NCBI RefSeq assembly: GCF_963921235.1
Contig: NC_086097.1
Coordinates: 29,886,001 to 29,950,000, forward strand
Length of the DNA: 64,000 bases
DNA from: Mobula hypostoma
Lineage: Eukaryota
Reading direction: 5' to 3'
A program made the translations under genes and the position numbers. Each line of letters begins with the position of its first letter. Position 1 is the first letter of the stretch. Shown here piece by piece: positions 1-14,239 of the stretch. The notes beneath the pieces are model-generated. The model was not told where the DNA came from. It did not search any database and saw only the letters and a list, made by a program, of their open reading frames with translations.

Positions 1-39
1 CAACTGGCCTACTTCTGCTCCTATATCTTATGGTTGTAT

Positions 40-804
40 GGTCTTAAATAAATATGCAGGCAATTTTCTAAACGGGGAAGAAATCCAAAAATCTGTGATG
101 CGAAGGGTCTTGGGACTCCTTGTACAGAACACCCTAAGGGTTAACTCGTGGGTAGAGTCAGTGGTGAGGAAGGCAAATGCAATGTTAGCATTTATTTCAA
201 GAGGTCTAGAATTCAAGAGCGAGAGTGTGATGTTGAGGCTTTATAAGACACAGGTGAGGCCTCACCTTGAGTATTGTGTACAGTTTTGGGCTCCTCATCT
301 AAGAAAAGTTGTGCTGGCATTGGAGAGGGTTTAGTGGAGGTTCACAAGGATGATTCTGGGAATTGAAAGGGTTATAAAACAAGGAATGTTTGATTGGTCT
401 GGGTCTGTACCTGCTGGAATTTAGAAGGATGAGGGGGGATCTCAATGAAACCCTTCGAATGTTGAAAGGCCTAGGCAGAGTCGATATGGAAAGAATGTTT
501 CCCATGGTGGGAGAGTCAAGGACAAGAGGGCACAGCCTCAGGTTAGAGGGACGTCCATTTGAAGCAGATGCTGAGAAATTTCTTTAGCTAGAGGGTGGTG
601 AATTTATTACCACAGACTGCTGTGGAGGCCAGGTCATTGGATATATTTAAGTTAGAGCTTGGTAGGTTCTTGATCGGACATGGCATCAAGGTTACGGGGA
701 GTGGGGCTGAGGAGTGGATAAAAGGATCAGTCATGATTGAATGGTGGAACAGATTTGATAGGCCAAATGGCCTAATTCTGCTCCTATGTCTTATGGTCTT
801 ATGG
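40..804 (+). mobile_element. CR1 LINE 3' fragment, decayed
   Basis: [31 protein letters not shown] motifs; tail tctgctcctatgtcttatggtcttatgg. Confidence 0.9.
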
Positions 805-3800
805 ACGAGGGAAGCACAGGAGCGCTTATAGGACTGCTTTGAATCAATGGACTGGACGGCGTTCAGGTATTCATTTTCAAATCTGGATGAGTATGCTGCA
901 GTTCATTAAAACCTGCGTGGATGAGTGTATGCTTATGAAAACTTACTGTACATTCCCAAACCAAAAGCCGTGGATGAACCAGGAGGTATCTCGTCTGCTG
1001 AGGGCTAAATCTGTGGCATTTAAGTCTGGTGGCCCAGGTTTGTAGAAGCAAACCAGGTATGACTTGCGGAGGGCTATTTCAAGCGTGAAGAGACAATTCG
1101 AAGTAAGATCGGGGATGACATCGGATCCAGGGTTTGCAAGACATTACTTCCTACTAAGTGAAACCCAATAGCATGAATGGCAGCGATACTTCACTACCAG
1201 ATGAGCTGAATGCCTTCTATGCCTTCCTTGAAAGTGAGAATATAACTATAGCTGTGAAGATCCATGCTGCCTCTGGTGACCCTGTGATCTCTGTCTCGGA
1301 AACTGATGTTAGGCTGCCTTTAAGGAGGGTGAACTCTCACAAGGCGGCAGGCCTCAATGGAGTACCTGGTAAGGGTCTGAAAAATTGTGCCAACCAACTG
1401 GCAGGAGTACTCAAGGACCATTTTCAACCTCTCACTGCTACAGTCAGAAGCTCCCACCTGCGTCAAAAAGGCAATAATTAAACCAGTGCCTAAGAAGAGC
1501 AGTGTGAGCTGCCTTAATGACTATCATCAAGTAGCACTCACATCTACAGAGATGAAATGCTTTTGAGAGGTTGGTCAAGGCCAGAATCAACTCCTGTCTC
1601 AGCGATAGGCAAATAGGCAATTTGCCTATCGCCGTAATAGATCTAGCACAGACGCAGTCTCAGTGGCTCTTCACACGGCCTTAGATCACCAGGGCAATGC
1701 AAACACTTATGACAAGATGCTGTTCGTTGACTATAGCTCAGCATTTAAGACCATCATTCCCACATTCATGGTCAATAAGCTACAGAACCTGGGCCTCTGT
1801 ACCTACATCTGCAATTGGATCCTTGACTTCCTAACCGGAAGACCACAATCTGAGCAGATTGGTAATAATACCTCCTCCTCACACTCGGGTGTGTGCTTAG
1901 CCCTCTATTCTACTCTCTGTCTGTACCCATGACTGTGTGGCTAGGTATAGAACATAGAATATAGAATAGTACAGCACAGTACAGGCCCTTCGGCCCACAA
2001 TGTTGTGCCGACCCTCAAACCCTGCCTCCCATATAAGCCCCCACCTTAGATTCCTCGAATATACCTGTCTAGTAGTCTCTTAAACTTCACTAGTGTATCT
2101 GCCTCCACCACTGACTCAGGCAGTGCATTCCACACACCAACCACTCTCTGATTAAAAAACCTTCCTCTAATATCCCCCTTGAACTTCCCACCCCTTACCT
2201 TAAAGCCATGTCCTCTTGTATCGAGCAGTGGTGCCCTGGGGAAGAGGCGCTGGCTATCCACTCTATCTATTCCTCTTATTATCTTGTACACCTCCATCAT
2301 GTCTCCTCTCATCCTCCTTCTCTCCAAAGAGTAAAGCCCTAGCTCCCTTAATCTCTGATCATAATGCATACTTTCTAAACCAGGCAGCATCCTGGTAAAT
2401 CTCCTCTGTACCCTTTCCAATGCATCCAAATCCTTCCTATAGTGAGGTGACCAGAACTGGACACAGTACTCCAAGTGTGGCCTAACCAGAGTTTTATAGA
2501 GCTGCATCATTACATCGCGACTCTTAAACTCTATCCCTCGACTTATGAAAGCTAACACCCCATAAGCTTTCTTAACTACCCTATTCACCTGTGAGGCAAC
2601 TTTCAGGGATCTGTGGACATGTACCCCGAGATCCCTCTGCTCCTCCACACTACCAAGTATCCTGCCATTTACTTTGTACTCTGCCTTGGAGTTTGTCCTT
2701 CCAAAGTGTACCACCTCACACTTCTCCGGGTTGAACTCCATCTGCCACTTCTCAGCCCACTTCTGCATCCTATCAATGTCTCTCTGCAATCTTTGACAAT
2801 CCTCTACACTATCTACAACACCACCAACCTTTGTGTCGTCTGCAAACTTGCCAACCCACCCTTCTACCCCCACATCCAGGTCGTTAATAAAAATCACGAA
2901 AAGTGATCAGATCCTTGTGGGACACCACTAGTCACAATCCTCCAACCTGAATGTACTCCCTCCACCACCACCCTCTGCCTTCTGCAGGCAAGCCAATTCT
3001 GAATCCACCTAGCCAAACTTCCCTGGATCCCATGCCTTCTAACTTGCTGAGTAAGCCTACCATGTGGAACCTTGTCAAATGCCTTACTAAAATCCATATA
3101 GATCACATCCACTGCACTACCCTCATCTATATGCCTGGTCACCTCCTCAAAGAACTCTATCAGGCTTGTTAGACACGATCTGCCCTTCACAAAGCCATGC
3201 TGACTGTCCCTGATCAGACCATGATTCTCTAAATGCCTATAGACCCTATCTCTAAGAATCTTTTCCAACAGCTTTCCCACCACAGACGTAAGGCTCGCTG
3301 GTCTATAATTACCTGGACTATCCCTACTACCTTTTTTGAACAAGGGAACAATATTCGCCTCCCTCCAATCCTCCGGTACCATTCCCATGGACAATGAGGA
3401 CATAAAGATCCTAGCCAGAGGCTCAGCAATCTCTTCTCTCACCTCGTGGAGCAGCCTGGGGAATATTCCGTCAGGCCCCGGGGACTTATCTGTCCTAATG
3501 TATTTTAACAACTCTAACACCTCCTCTCCCTTAATATCAGCATGCTCCAGAACATCAACCTCACTCATATTGTCCTCACCATCATCAAGTTCCCTCTCAT
3601 TGGTGAATACCGAAGAGAAGTATTCATTAAGGACCTCGCTCATTTCCACAGCCTCCAGGCACATCTTCCCACCTTTATCTCTAATTGGTCCTACCTTCAC
3701 TCCTGTCATCCTTTTTTTCTTCACATAATTGAAGAATGCCTTGGGGTTTTCCTTTACCCTACTCGCCAAGGCCTTCTCATGCCCCCTTCTTGCTCTTCTC

Positions 3801-5390
3801 AGCCCCTTCTTAAGCTCCTTTCTTGCTTCCCTATATTCCTCAATAGACTCATCTGATCCTTGCTTCCTAAACCTCATGTATGCTGCCTTCTTCCTCCTGA
3901 CTAGATTTTTCACCTCACTTGTCACCCATGGTTCTTTCACCCTACCATTCTTTATCTTCCTCACCGGGACAAATTTATCCCTAACATCCTGCAAGAGATC
4001 CCCAAACATCGACCACATGTCCATACTACATTTCCCTGCAAAAACACCATCCCAATTCACACCCGCAAGTTCTAGCCTTATAGCCTCATAATTTGCCTTT
4101 CCCCAATTAAAAATTTTCCTGTCCTCTTTGATTCTATCCTTTTCCATGATAATTATAAAGGCCAGGGAGCAGTGGTTGCTGTCCCCCAGATGCTCACCCA
4201 CTGAGAGATCTGTGACCTGACCCGGTTCATTACCTAGTACTAGATCTAGTATGGCATTCCCCCTGGTCGGCCTGTCCACATACTGTGACAGGAATCCATC
4301 ATGGACACACTTAACAAATTCTGCCCCATCCAAATCCTTGGAACTAATCAGCTCAAATACCATCTATAAACTTGCTGATACAATCATTGCTGGTAGACTC
4401 TGGCACACCTCGGGTGTGTGCTTAGCCCTCTATTCTACTCTCTGTCTGTACCCATGACTGTGTGGCTCAGTATAGCTCAAATACCATCTATAGACTTGCT
4501 GATACAATCATTGTTGGTAGAATCTCAGATGGAGATGGGAGGGTGTACAGGAGCAAGGTATACCAGCTAGTTGAGTGGTGTAGCAACAATATTGCACTCG
4601 ATGTCAGTGAGAGGAAAGAGCTGAATGTGGACTTCAGGAAGGGTAAGACAAGGGAGCAAGAATCAATCTCATCGAGGGATCAGAAGTGGAGGGAGTGAGG
4701 AATTTCAAGTTCCTGGGTGCCAAGATCTCTGAGGATTTAACCAGGTCCCAACATAACAATGCAGCTATAAAGAAGGCAAGACCGCAGCTATACTTCATTA
4801 GGAGTTTATCAACTAAAATACTTGAGAACTTCTATAGATGTACGGTGGAGAGCATTCCGACAGGCTGTTATGGGGGGGAGGGATGTGGGGGGGGGGTGCT
4901 ACAGCATGAGACCAAAAGAAGCTACAGAAAATTGTAAAATTAGCTCCATCTTGGGTACGAACCTTCGTAGTACCCAGGGCATCTTCAAGGAGCAGTGGTG
5001 GCTCAGAAAGGCAACGTCCATTTTGAAGGACCCCCATCACCCAAGACTTGCCCTACATGCCCTCTCCTCACTTTTACCTTCAGGAAGGAGGTACAGAAGC
5101 CTGAAGGCACACACTCAGCAATTCGGGAACAGTTTCTTCCCCTCTGCCATCCAATTCCTAAATGGACGTTGAACCCATGAACACCACCTCACTTTTTTTT
5201 AATACATTATTTTGGTTTTTGCACTATTTTAAATCTATTTGTTATACATATATATACTTATTGTAATTGATTTACGTATTTTTTCTTTCTATATTATCAT
5301 GTATTGCATTGTACTTCTGCCGCTCAGTTAACAAATTTCACGACACATGCTGGTGATAATAAATCTGATTCTGATTCAGCCTATCTATGC
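805..5390 (+). mobile_element. Rex1/Babar-like LINE, decayed, interrupted by a CR1 at ~1950-4352
   Basis: [74 protein letters not shown]-rich 3' UTR ending ataaatctgattctgattc. Confidence 0.8.
1950..4352 (-). mobile_element. Young 5'-truncated CR1 LINE, ORF2 (end of endonuclease, linker, reverse transcriptase)
   Basis: 489 aa and 283 aa ORFs with KSPGPDG, QHGF, DFSKAFD, GVPQG, FADD, RPHLEYC; one frameshift at ~2900; (TTCTA)n-type tail at ~1950-1968. Confidence 0.95.
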
Positions 5391-5649
5391 CCCTCATGAT
5401 TTTATACACCTCTATAACATCACCCCACAGTCTGTTACACTCCAAGAAATAAAGTTCTGGCCTGTGCATCCTCTCCCTATAACTCAGTCTCTCAAGTGCT
5501 GGCAACATCCTTGTAAATCTTTTCTGCATCATCTCTGACAGCAAGTTCCAGATATCAACTTTAAAAATCCTTCTTAATACCTTGAACCCTTTATTTTTGA
5601 TCCCCTATCATGGGAAAATATTTTGATTCACTATATACCTGCATCATAT

Positions 5650-6212
5650 CAAAGTTCAAAGTTTGAAATAAATTTATTATCAAAGTACATATGTGTGACC
5701 ATATATAACCCTAAGATTCATCTTTTTGCGGGCATACTCAGTAAATCCGACAACCATAATAGAATAAATGAAAGATCACACCAACAGGGTAGACAACCAG
5801 TATGCAAAAGACAACAAACTGAGCAACTACAAAAAGAAATAAATAAATAAATAAACAATAAATATCGAGACGAATGGATGAAGAGTGAAAGTGAGTCCAT
5901 AGGTTCTGGAACATTTCAGTGATGGGGCAAGTGAAGTTATCCCCTTTGGTTCAAAAGCTTGACAGTTGAAGGGTAATAACTGTTCTTGAACCTGGTGGTG
6001 AGAGCTCTGAGGCTCCTGTACCTTCTCCCTGATGGCAGCAGTGAAAAGAAAGTATGACCTGGGGCGTGGGTGTCCCAAATTTTGGATGCTGATTTCCTGC
6101 GACTACACTCTGTGTACATGTGCTCAATGGTGGGGAGGGCTTTACCCTTGATGGACCGGGCCATATCCATGACTTTTTGTAGGACTTTCTGTTCAAGGGC
6201 ATTGGTGTTCAT
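5650..6212 (-). mobile_element. Rex1/Babar-type LINE 3' fragment (same family also at ~9900-10460, 19315-19950, 54350-56070 on the - strand and 43640-44830 on the + strand)
   Basis: FSLLPSGRRYRSL..TTRFKNSYYP motif and shared 3' UTR (tgtactttgataataaattt). Confidence 0.7.
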
Positions 6213-6689
6213 CTGTCAGCCTTCAGGAAAGTTGAACACAGCCTATCCAATCCCTTCCCAGAAATAAGGTCCTCCAGGCAACATCATGACAAATCTGCTC
6301 TTCACTCCATCCAGCACGACCACATCCTTCCTACAGTGTGGTAACCAGAGTGTGGCCTAAGCAGTGTCTTGTAAAGTAGCAACAAAGTATTCCACCTCTT
6401 ATTCAATGCCTCAACCTATAAAGTCAAACAAGCCTCCACCATAACTACCTGTGCCACCACCTTCTGGGAACAACAGACTTGAACCTGAAGCCAAGTCCTC
6501 TTATACAATTTACCAAAAATGATCACCTCATACTTGTAGGATCTAATTTCATCTGCCCAGCTCTCATGATATATCTTAATTTACAGGGTACAAATACCAG
6601 ATTTATAGATGGCACAAAATACAGGCAGATGGTGAGCTGTTAAGTAGAAGATTAGTGGATTGGTGATGGTGGCCAATGCAGTTAAATAT

Positions 6690-6995
6690 GGCACACAACA
6701 TAGTGGCTAGTGTAATGCTTTACAGCATAAGCACTTGGGGTTCAATTCCTGTCGCCATCTGCAAGGAGTTTCTACGTTCTTCCCATGACCACATGGGTGC
6801 CGCAGTTGCCTCCCACATTCTAATGATGTACAGATTAGGGTTAGTAAATGGTGGGCATGTTGAGTTGGTGATGGAAGCAGGGTGACACCAGTGGGCTACC
6901 CCCAGCACATCCTTGGACAGAGTTAGTCGTTGATGCGAACAATACATTTCTCTGTATGTTTTGATATACATTTGGCAAACAAAGCCAGTCTTTAG
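6690..6995 (+). mobile_element. tRNA-derived V-type SINE (HE1-like); further copies at ~7755-8030(-), 10580-10875(-), 14925-15240(+), 16150-16430(-), 47425-47715(-), 48598-48905(+), 50395-50690(+)
   Basis: B-box-like ggttcaattcc, conserved core ctgtaaggagtttgtacgttctcccc...gggtttcctcc...gtttcctcccaca, tail tgtgacaaataaagctaatct. Confidence 0.7.
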
Positions 6996-8114
6996 ATTGT
7001 CTACTGACCGACTTCCTCTAGGGAAGCAGGCGACTTCAGTGATACACATTGTGGCTGAAGAATAACTCCATTAGGGAAAATCATTGTCCTCCCACATTCT
7101 GGTGACACCCAGCATCCACCGAACCAATGAGATCAAATATGCTCATCTGCAATAAAGAGACTCTCAAAATGTAAAAGAAAGATTCAAATCTTAATCCTTT
7201 GAGTCATTCCATTATAAACTTCGTAAACTCATCTTTGTTTAGGTTGCAAAGACTCTTAACTGAATTTGACTCAGACTTAATATTTAGTCAACACTTGGAG
7301 AGTCCATTTTAATCTATGTTTGTAGTTCAGAGGTTTCCAGCCTGGGGTCAGGGTCCAAGGCATAAAAAATGTTGGGAACCCCTGATTTAGTGTATTTTAA
7401 ATTGGATGTGATAAAGAATCAGGTTGACATTGGTATGCCAAATTAAAGCATAGTGGACTGGTATGGACAGGCAAGGAGCCATGAGCAAGAACTTGTTCTA
7501 ATGTTGTTCTGCTTATCATTGGGTGATGATCACAAGCCAGCTAGAGTTAACATTGTGATTGGAAAATAAATGGTAAGCAAGGCTTAAAAGTTCTCAGTCA
7601 GGGGAGCCAAACAGAGGAAGCCTGTACGGTCACAGGGAGAACATTCAAATGCCTTCAGATGGTGGCTGTAATTGAATTGAACCCCAATTACTGGTGTTGC
7701 AAAGTGTTATACTAACTAATACATCATTGTAGCATAGGAGAGTGTGGGATGATCTAGCTTTATTTGTCATATGTACATCGAAACATACAGTGAAGTGTGC
7801 CGTTTGCTTCAAAGTCCGACACGGTCCGAGGATTGTGCTGGGGCAAGGGTCGCTGTGTTTCTTGTACCAACACAGCATGCCACAACTTACTAGCCCAAAT
7901 CCATATGTCTTTAGAATGAGGAAGGAAGCTGGAGCACCCAGAGGAAACCCACACAATTACGGGGAGAATATAGAAAGTCCTTACAACAGCAACAGGAATC
8001 TTTGGTGCTGTAATAGTGTCATGCTAACTGAAACACCAGGCTGATGCCCGCAAATAAGTGGGATGGGAAGGGCAGATTGTGATCTGGTTGTACACCTGTC
8101 TTGTCTTCCTGCAG

Positions 8115-8264
8115 AGTTTGGGATCACTGGCAGACAGCTTGCCAACACTGACTCCGAGTTGTTTGACCAGCTGCAGCTGCAGGGAGCCGAGGACAGAGAG
8201 AGGCTGCTATTTGCCCTGTACCAGGAGCTTAACCCATCTGATATGAACGTTGAAGAGATCCTGG
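8115..8264 (+). CDS. Internal coding exon A of unnamed SAM/coiled-coil/PDZ-like gene; encodes C-terminal half of a SAM-like domain (FGITGRQLANTDSELFDQLQLQGAEDRERLLFALYQEL)
   Basis: Acceptor ttgtcttcctgcag, donor G|gtaagg; 150 nt, phase 1 to phase 1; pattern resembles SAM helices 3-5 (I-[TD]-G-x-x-L ... L-x-L ... R-x-x-L-L). Confidence 0.8.
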
Positions 8265-11200
8265 GTAAGGAATACAGTAAATGCAGTATACATACTGTTC
8301 AATAAAAACAGAAAAGTTCAAGAGCGTCAGGGGGCAGAATAAGTGTAGTCACTATTACTAAGGAGAAGGTGCTTGGGAATCTGAAAGGTCTGAAGGTGGA
8401 TAAGTCATCTGGACCGGATGGACTACGCACCAGGGTTCTGAAATAGGTAGCAGAAGAGATTCTGGAGGCATTAGTAGTGATCTTTCAAGAATCACTTGAT
8501 TCTGGAATGGTTTTGGAGGAGTGGAAAACTTCACTCTTTAAGAATGGAGGGAGACAATAGACAAGAACTTATAAGACCATAAGAAGCAGAATTAGAGCAT
8601 TTGGTCCATCAAGTCTGCTCCACCATTTTATCATGACTGATCCATTTCCCTCTCAGCTCCAATCTGCCTTCTCCCCATATCCTTTCAAGCCCTGACTAAT
8701 CGAGAATCTATCAACCTTTGCCTTAAATATACCCAGTGACCTGGCCTCCACAGCTGCCGGTGGCAACAAATTCCACAGATTCACCATTCTCTAGCAAAAG
8801 AAATTCCTCCTCATCTCTGTTCTAAAAGGAGACCCCTCTATTCTGAGGTTGTGTCCTCTGGTCTTAGATTTTCCAACCATAGGAAACATCCTCTCCACAT
8901 CCACTCTATCAAGGCGTTTCACCATTCAATAGGTTTCAATGAGGTCACCCTTCATTCTTCTGAATTCCAGTAAGTACAGGCCCAGAACCATCAAACACTC
9001 TTCATATGACAAATTATAGGTCAGTTAGCCTAATTTCAGTGGTTGGCTAGATGATGGAGTCTCGTGGTCAAGTACGGTGAGGTACACCGTACAGGTAGAG
9101 TGGAAAAACTTAACTAGGAGATTCTGCAGATGCTGGACATCTTGAGCAACATAGGCAAAATGCTTGAGAAATTCAGTGGGTCAGGCACCATCTATGGAGA
9201 GGAGTAAACAGTGGATATTTCTAACTGAGATCCTTCAGCAGAATAAGGTGATAGGTAAGAGCATGTGGGGGGGGGGTTCCTCCTTTGTCCTTTCTCTTTT
9301 TCACCTATCCCCTCGCAGCTTCTTACATCATCCCACCTTCCCTCTCTCCTCGTTTCATCTTTCACCTGCCAGCTTGTACTACGTGCCCCTCCTCAAATTC
9401 TTATTCTTGCTTCTGCCCCCTTTCTCAGTCCTGATGAGGGGGCTCAGCTCAAAGCGTTGGCTGTTCATTCTCCTCAGCAGAAGCTGCCAACTCAGTAAGA
9501 AAGAACTTGCTTGCAGCAGCATCGGAAGCACAAAGTACGGACAATGCATAGCACACAAATTATGCCAAAATAAACAAGACAGTGAACAAAAAGAGTGTGC
9601 AAAACCAGACATTAGTGCAGAAAATAACCGGACACAAGTCCCTGGTAGTGCAAGAGGTGCTCTGTATTTTTCCGCGGCTTAGGTAAGGTTAGGGTTGCGC
9701 AGGTCGGTTGAAGAACCTGTTAGTTATAGAATAACAAGCGTTCCTGGTGGTGTGGGACTTCAGGCTTCTGTACCTCCTGCCCGACAGTAGCAACAAGAAG
9801 AGGGCATGACCAGAATGGTGGGATGCTCAGTGATGAATGCCAAGCGTATTCTTGGGAACTGTAGTACCATCATGAAGCCACAGTGCACCTCACCTACAGC
9901 AGCTCCCCAAATTACAGGTCAAAGTCAAAGTAAATTCATTATCAAATATGCATAAGTCGCCAGATATACCTTGAGATTCATTTTCTTGCAGGCATTTTAC
10001 AGGAAAATAAAGAAATTCAACAGGATTTATTAAAACTAGATATACACAAAGACCGATAAACAACCAAAGTGCAAAAGAAAAACAAACCGTACAATAAAAA
10101 ATACCAAGAACATGAGTTGTATGGGTCCTTGAAAGTGAGCCCCTAGTCTGAGGAATCAGCTCAGTATTGAGGCGAATGAAGTTATCTACACCAGCTCAGT
10201 AGCCTGATGGGTGTAGGGTAATAACTGCTCCAGAAGCTGCTGGTGTGGGTCTTCAGGCTCCTGCCCAATGGTAGTAGCGAGAAAGAGAGCGTGACCTGGA
10301 TGGTGGGGGTTCTTTATGATGGATGCTGTTTTCCTGCAGCAGCGTTCCATATAGTGTGTTCAACGGCGTGGAGGACTTTGCCTCTGATGGACTGGGCTGT
10401 ATCCACCACTGTAAACTTCCAGTAGGCTTTTCCATTCTTGGGTATCGATGTTTCCATACCAATGATCAGCAGTTCCCACGTTCGAGTATTTTGTCCATAT
10501 TCCTACAATAACTTGAGAAACTAATCCTCCTCTTCCCGGGTTTGTTCAATTGCAAATAGGAAATCTGTTTCTAAAGAGCAAGATTCATCACATGTACATC
10601 AAAATACACAGTGGAATGCGCCATTTGTGTCAATAAGTAACACAGTCTGTGGATGTGCTGGGGGCAGCCCGTAAGTGCACCACACTTCTGGCGTCAATAT
10701 AGCATGACCACAACTCACTAACCCTAACACATCCGTTGTGGGAAGTGGGAGAAAACTGGAGCTCCTGGAGGAAACCCACATGATCACAGGGAGACCGAAC
10801 AAACTCCTTACAACAGCAGGAATTGAACCTGGGTTGCTGGTGTTGTAAAGCATCATGCTAACTGGTACACTGCTGTTCTAATGGGCCTGCTGTAACTTTC
10901 CACAAGGAAAAGAAAATATAGATGCCGGAAACCTGCAATAAACCGATATAGGAAACACCCAGTGGGTCAGTCAGCGACTGTGGAGAGGAAAACACAGTGA
11001 ACATTTCAGGTCTGGGCTACTGTCATAAATGAGCCTGAAACATTATTTGTAAGGAAATTAATGATAATGGGGAACTGGCACAGAACAGGAGTTGAGGCTA
11101 GCATAGATCAGCCAATGATTGCATTGAATGGCAGGCAGGCAGGCTTGAGGGGCTGAGTGGCCTAGCCCAGCTCCATTTGTTTGTACCCGTGTGTTTCTTT

Positions 11201-11353
11201 CTCCACAGATGCCGCCTGTCCTGCTGTATGTCACTCTTTAGTTCACTCTTTCCGAGATCTCAATTTGCTCAAAAACCTCAGTAGCTGGAAGACAAGATAG
11301 GATGTGTGGATCAAGACATGATTTAGATCCTCTTTCCCTCTGCTCTCATACAG

Positions 11354-11459
11354 GAAGCACTGACATTGACAACGTGTTCTCTGGCGTGGAGTTAACAATG
11401 GACAGGCCAGGTTCAGAGGATCGGATATCAGGAGAACATTTACTTCAGGCGAACTCCAG
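11354..11459 (+). CDS. Internal coding exon B (GSTDIDNVFSGVELTMDRPGSEDRISGEHLLQANS)
   Basis: Acceptor ctttccctctgctctcatacag, donor AG|gtagac; 106 nt, phase 1 to 2, open and compatible with exons A and C; not in the ORF track. Confidence 0.75.
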
Positions 11460-11779
11460 GTAGACAATAATGACCTGTGCTCTCTCACCTCAGGCAGGAA
11501 GACCTGAGTTTTAGAGAAAGTTTGAATGTGTTAGGATTTTATACCCTGCAGCGTAGAAGAATGTGGAGAGATTTGAATGAAATTATAAGGGGTATATGGT
11601 AGATGGGGTAAATACAAGCAGGCTTTTTCCATTGAGGTTGGGTGAGACTAGAATTAGAGGTCATAGATTAACAGTGAAAGGTGAAATATATAAGCAGAAC
11701 CTGAGAGGGAACTTCTTCACACAAGGGGTGGTGATGGTGTGGGATGAGCTGCTAGCAGAAGTAGTGGACACAGGTTTGA

Positions 11780-14239
11780 CAGGGGCGGCGCTATGGTGGT
11801 GCTAGCTGGGGCTATAGCCCCAGCAGAAATTGTAATAGCACCACCATAGCACCACCAAGAAATCAACTGCAGCTGCTTTGCTTTCTCTGTATAGTTTTGA
11901 ATACAGCTTGTTTCTCCAGTTGATCTAGTGAAACAGCGCCCCCAATTACCATAGCACCCATGCAGCAATAAAGTTATAAACTCGGTCAGATCCACCCTAC
12001 ACTTCTGCTTATTCGTTCGTTGTCAATGTCTTGCCATTGCTGTCCTCAGATCAGTTAAGCTGATCTAAGATCACTTAAGGTGGTGACGTCACTCACTCTC
12101 ACTCACGCGAGAGATTGATAGTATACATCCAGGCGCAGATCCATGGTCTTGCGAGACTAACGGATGTCACACGCGCACATTGTGCTTTTACAAGCTAGTG
12201 TCGACCTGGCACGTGCATTATTTTGGCGGGCTTGAAAAATGGATCGATCTTCAGTCAGAAAACAACCTCATCCAGAGGAATCAGTGGTGTCTCAGCCTGA
12301 GCCTGTCTTAATTGAAAGTGACATGTAGAAAGGAGTAAGTGGGGATGAGGACGACAGCAGTTCATCGAAGGAGTGTGAGGGCAAAGTAGAGGAACAAGAA
12401 ATGGAGCGGGATTCGGAAGAGAACGTGGATGAAGCCGCTCCTAGTGCGAGTGGGAATACTGTTAGCGATGTTAGCCAGCAGCCTGAGGAAGGACCCCGTC
12501 AGCCAGCATTGAAAAAGTACCCTTCGCAACAGTTTGGCAATCAGCAAAGGAGTTTTATTCGTGGCTGGTTTGACCCGTACTCCTGGCTGGAATATTCAAT
12601 CACAAAAGATGCTACATTCTGCTTCGCATGCAGGCATTTCCTGTGTGGAGGACATGGGTTCCATTCTGAGTCTACCTTCACTGTCACCGGTTACCGCAAC
12701 TGGCGGAAAGCTACAACAGCTTTCAAAACCCACCATGTAAGTGCAGCTCATAAGTTTGCTATGGAGGCATGGACCGAATTCAGACTGAGAAAACAGGACG
12801 GGTCAAGATTGGGAAATATGCTTGATAAAGGACATGCAAAGATTGTCCAAGAAAATCGTGAGTATATGAGAGCAGTAGTTGAGGCTCTACGCTATACTGT
12901 GTGCCAAGGCATTGCCCAGCGAGGACACCGGGAGAATGATGGATCTGGCAATAGGGGAAACTTTGTTGAGTTGCTCAGTGTAATTGGGAAGTTTGATAAA
13001 ACTGTAGCTAAAAAAATAGAGGGCAATCCTGGAAATGCAAAAAAACACCCATCACGATATCCAAAATGAAATTATGGGTATTATGGCAGATATGGTCAGA
13101 CATCAAATAAGTGCAGAAATCAAGGAGGCTGGATATTTTGCCATCATGGTGGATGAAAGTAAGGACTTGAGTAAAAAGGAGCAAATATCAGTGGTGGTGC
13201 GGTATTTGAATAACGAACAGTGCTTGAAGAATGTTTGCACTTCACTCCAGCAGAAGGGTTGGACGCAGAGTTGCTTCTTAAAAGCATTGTACAGACACTC
13301 GCCCAGTGTGTTATTGATAAGAACGCACGTATAGGTCAGTATAGGTCCTCATGCGAACGGAGTTTCTCTTGCCTCAGACGCGTCAAAAACTACTTAAGGA
13401 ATAGCAGCGGCGATGCTCAGAACAGCAACTTGGCCCTGTTGGCCATAAACAAACGGAGGACCAAGGCACTTGACATCCAGAAAATCATTGATTCTTTCGC
13501 CACCAATCACAACAACAGACGGGTTGTGCTTCTCTGAAAACATTAATGGTGAGTGCAGTTGTTTTTTAAAAATTTGGGCCAAGACTAATGCTGATTATTG
13601 TTATTATTATTTTGTGGTGGATACCCCATAGTCCTTATGTTTCCTGCAAATCCTAAAATATTACATTTACTGCTATTAAGCCTACTGGTTTTGCTTAGAC
13701 TTCCAAGTGCTGATTCTGTTGATTTTTGTTTTAAATTCAATTAATTGAGGTACTGCATGGTCAGAGTACGATTTGTCCAACTCCTGGTAAAGCCTTGCAT
13801 CTGTTGTTTGCCTTATTTGACTTGAATAACGGTGTATCTTTTGGCATTGATGTCTATGTAATACGAATAGCAGTGGGTTCGTGTTGTGTTTTTCAGTTGA
13901 AAAGCACGCATTTGACGCTGATTGCGGGATTGGTGCGTGATTCATGTTGTCCGCTGTTGTTCGGATGCTCTGTTTGTTTTTTTTTGTCTATGCTCCATGT
14001 AGCCCAGGTTGTCTCCGATGCCGTTGACACTGTAACAGTTCACTTCTACATTAGATCTGTCAATTGCTGTTGCTTGTGAATCAACAGAGGCATTTATAGT
14101 AGGCACATAATGCTTGAAACTGACTTTTTAATGCCTCGCGTCTAGCCTTGTGAATATATTACCATACAGTGCATCCCTCAGCACCATCACTGAATCATTT
14201 TGCCCCTCCGTAGTACAGCAAGAAAAAATCTCTGGCACC
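11780..14239 (+). mobile_element. hAT DNA transposon (ZMYM1/TTF zinc-finger type transposase), internally deleted and non-autonomous
   Basis: 8 bp TSD AGGTTTGA at 11772-11779 and 14240-14247; left TIR caggggcggcgc; WLEYS...FCFAC, RGHRE...GNFVELL, MVDESKD, CERSFS.LRRVKNYLR motifs; sits inside a CR1 fragment. Confidence 0.9.

Noticed and set aside
6587..6631. Possible 45 nt upstream exon (YKYQIYRWHKIQAD), phase-compatible with exon A
   Set aside because: Weak pyrimidine tract, and the peptide does not resemble the missing N-terminal SAM helices; cannot be supported without RNA data.
9164..9682. 172 aa ORF as a host gene
   Set aside because: It spans Penelope-type foldback and LINE 3' UTR fragments, is low complexity and has no domain.
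12401..13537. Domesticated ZMYM1-like host gene
   Set aside because: Frameshifts, a large internal deletion, a TIR and an 8 bp TSD show it is a transposon copy.
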